Positions 61,722 to 64,000 of a stretch of DNA of 64,000 nt are shown one piece after another (the first letter of the stretch is position 1; the number at the start of each line of letters is the position of its first letter). A model generated the notes under the pieces. It saw only the letters and a list, made by a program, of their open reading frames with translations, made no database searches and was not told where the DNA came from. The position numbers were made by a program, and so were the translations under genes. Origin of the DNA: a virus (lineage: Duplodnaviria > Heunggongvirae > Uroviricota > Caudoviricetes); the IMG/VR virus record IMGVR_UViG_2651869695_000003. One strand, 5' to 3'.

Positions 61722-62641
61722 GTGTGATTCATAGACATCGTTTCAATTTTCTCAGTTCAAGTTCAAGCTTGTAATTCTGTTCCTGTATATGCTCTTCATT
61801 GGGCTGATACTTTGCATGAACGGCATCGGAGTATGGTGTTTTCTCAGCAAGTTCAAAGTAGCGCTCCATCGGAGTTTTACCGTTGTGAGCGCTATGAGGA
61901 CGTTCCCAGTTATAGTAATGCTGCCATTCTGCCTGCAGTTCCTTCAGGTCATCAGCAGAAAGATCTACGGTAGCGTAAGACTCTGCTTTGTCTGTCTTTT
62001 GGGAACGTTCAACCTTTCCGTTAAGATGAGGTGACGCTGGCTTATTTGGACGAAACTTGATGCCGTATTATTTTAATCTTTCCTGCACTTTAACGGCAAA
62101 AAATTCTCTTCTCCGGTCTGTCTGAGAGCGCTATATCGGGAAAGGCATTTCTTCAATAACACAATCAATAAAATCCAGTGAGTTTACCGCCGTGCGACGA
62201 GAGTAGAGCCTCAGGACTCTGTAGCGAGTGCAATCATCAACAGATGTGTACTGATATAAGCCGGGGCCAATTTTACAGGTATCCATCTGAACCCGATCAC
62301 CGGGAACAGGGCGTTCGTAGCGAATGAAATCAACTTCACGCCGAAATTTAACAACAGGTTTAACCTGATTCTGGCAAAGGACTTTGTGGATTGTTGCTAT
62401 TGCCAGTGAGTCGTTTTAACTCGCTTTGAATACGTCTTGCACCCAGATTTCGCTGAGAACGTAACTCCAGAATCAGAGCGACTTCGCAAGTACCGGTTTT
62501 CGTTGATGGTGAACGCTTGAGGCGACGGCATATAAATCCCGCATCACCGGACGTTTCATAGAATTTTACCCACTGTAGCCGCTGCTGAATTTCCCTGTAC
62601 ATAGTGAGGTATTATAGTGAAACGATGTCTATGAATCACAC
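61722..62641. mobile_element. Degenerate IS (rve/DDE transposase fragments, IS481/IS3-like) with perfect 24-bp terminal inverted repeats
   Basis: GTGTGATTCATAGACATCGTTTCA at both ends in inverted orientation; minus-strand translation contains ...YNWERPHSAHNGKTPMERY (transposase C-terminus) but frame is broken. Confidence 0.55.
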
Positions 62642-62781
62642 AATTCAAAAATGACGATCAAACAATTCTGTGAACAGGAACATATTCTGGTGTCCACAGA
62701 AGGTCATTTTACTGGTGTAACGGATGAGGTACTGGCTGAGTTAAATCTCAAGCGACGTGTCGGTATTCTGTTAACAGCTTT

Positions 62782-63003
62782 TTGGTGATACCAGACATAT
62801 TACGATTAACTGACATGATTGCTGTTGTACCCAGCCGTATGGTCCCGAACAACAGTGACCTTACTATCATTCCCTTACCGATTAAAATTCCAGGCTTCAC
62901 TAAAAGCATGGCGTGGCACGAGCGTACTCATCATGATCCAGCCCATCAATGGATTCGCGCTTTGTGCTTTGAGATAAACCAGCACTCCACAACGGTGATA
63001 TAA
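62782..63003 (+). pseudogene. LysR-family regulator 3' fragment (putative)
   Basis: C-terminal-domain-like sequence in two frames, beginning right after the IS. Confidence 0.35.
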
Positions 63004-63138
63004 GTTTTCTTATTCAGATCATAAAGAATAACGATTGGCATTATAACACAATAATCTCAATAATTGTTGCTGCCACATTGAATACGGCTTCTGAAGCAAC
63101 ATGCTCAGCACAATTAATTACCGTAACTGGAGAAATTT

Positions 63139-63635
63139 ATGAACGAGATTAACTGGCCTGAAGGTTTTGTTCCTGGTTTTACTGATAACTTTGTTTCCAA
63201 TGAAATGATTATCTCTGGTCTTAATGTTAAAGATATCTGGCCGCTTCTGAGTCAGCCATTCCTGTGGCCAAAAATTGTGCTGATATTCGCTTTTACGATA
63301 ACAAAAAGCCAGAACTGGAAAATGGGGTGCGTTTCTATTTCAAAACCTTTGGTTTTCCTGTTGAAGCTCAGGTTGTGGAGTTTGTCCCACCGATGGAAGG
63401 CAAACCTGCTCGTCTGGCCTGGCACGGATGGTCCGGTGAAGAAAATACTACTCAACGTCTCGATGTACATCATGCATGGTTACTGGAGGATCTTTCCAGT
63501 AACCGGGTACGTATCCTGACGCAGGAAACACAGAACGGAGTTCCGGCAAAAGAACTGGCAAATACTCGCCCGAACCCAATGCTGAATGGTCACCAGGCAT
63601 GGCTTGATGGCCTAGTTGAAGCAGCAACGAAATAA
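63139..63635 (+). pseudogene. Frameshifted small protein (SRPBCC-like?)
   Basis: Two overlapping ORFs (63139..63519 and 63264..63635) that together give one ~165-aa protein. Confidence 0.35.
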
Positions 63636-63662
63636 TGACTGACTTTCTACTGTCATATCACT

Positions 63663-63685
63663 AAGGTTGCGCTTAATCGCAACCT
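63663..63685 (+). terminator. Hairpin followed by A/T tract downstream of frameshifted gene
   Basis: AGGTTGCG-CTTA-ATCGCAACCT then TCAAAAATTTTT. Confidence 0.35.
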
Positions 63686-63928
63686 CAAAAATTTTTATCA
63701 CTTTTTTACTCTTACTATTAGCCACGGGTAAAAAGTGGCGTTTTCGCAACCAGTGAACGGTCACCTAAAAAATCACCGAAATTCTTATCAGTAGCTGAAG
63801 TAATGGTATTGCCGAGGACCATGTAAATCGTCTGAAAATGATGAAACTACAGATGTATGGTTGTTCTGGATTCGAATTACTGAGGCGAAGGGAAATGAGT
63901 CCACTGGCATGAAAATCTCCCCTAAGTT

Positions 63929-63961
63929 CTGTCTCTTGATCAGATCTCCTGATCAAGAGAC
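63929..63961. repeat. Palindromic IS-terminus-like sequence
   Basis: CTGTCTCTTGATCAGATCT followed by inverted CTGATCAAGAGAC; the first 19 bp match my recollection of the IS50 inside end. Confidence 0.3.
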
Positions 63962-64000
63962 TTCATCACCAGGTAACCCTCAACCATATCCTGAAGTCTG

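Noticed and set aside
61789-62034. 81-aa plus-strand ORF inside the degenerate IS
   Set aside because: The opposite strand carries recognisable transposase C-terminal motifs; the plus-strand ORF is a shadow.

Overview
The window is dominated by a mosaic temperate prophage of enterobacterial type: lambdoid immunity/early region (cI/cro, replication protein, RusA, Q), lambda-like lysis cassette (S, R, Rz/Rz1), HNH-TerS-TerL with HK97-like head genes, and a Mu-like contractile tail ending in a tail fibre. Its most striking property is a perfect inverted duplication: positions 1..22539 are the exact reverse complement of 24227..46765 (every ORF pair satisfies start+end=46766), so the whole late region is present twice, tail-to-tail, around a 1.69-kb unique centre (22540..24226). 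That centre carries two alternative tail-fibre C-termini, each with its own assembly chaperone, bounded by sequences resembling Din-family invertase crossover sites; no invertase gene is present. This is either a genuine palindromic prophage dimer or, more likely, an assembly fold-back through an invertible segment. Right of the duplication the prophage continues to integrase and a partial tmRNA 3' end (att junction), followed by a P4-type integrase pseudogene split by an IS21-family element, a small degenerate IS and gene fragments. Candidate novel cargo includes an antisense two-gene cassette between Q and the lysis genes (313-aa protein plus 4-TM membrane protein, RexAB-like layout) and several AT-rich single genes. 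All homology calls are from reading the translations and memory, not database searches.
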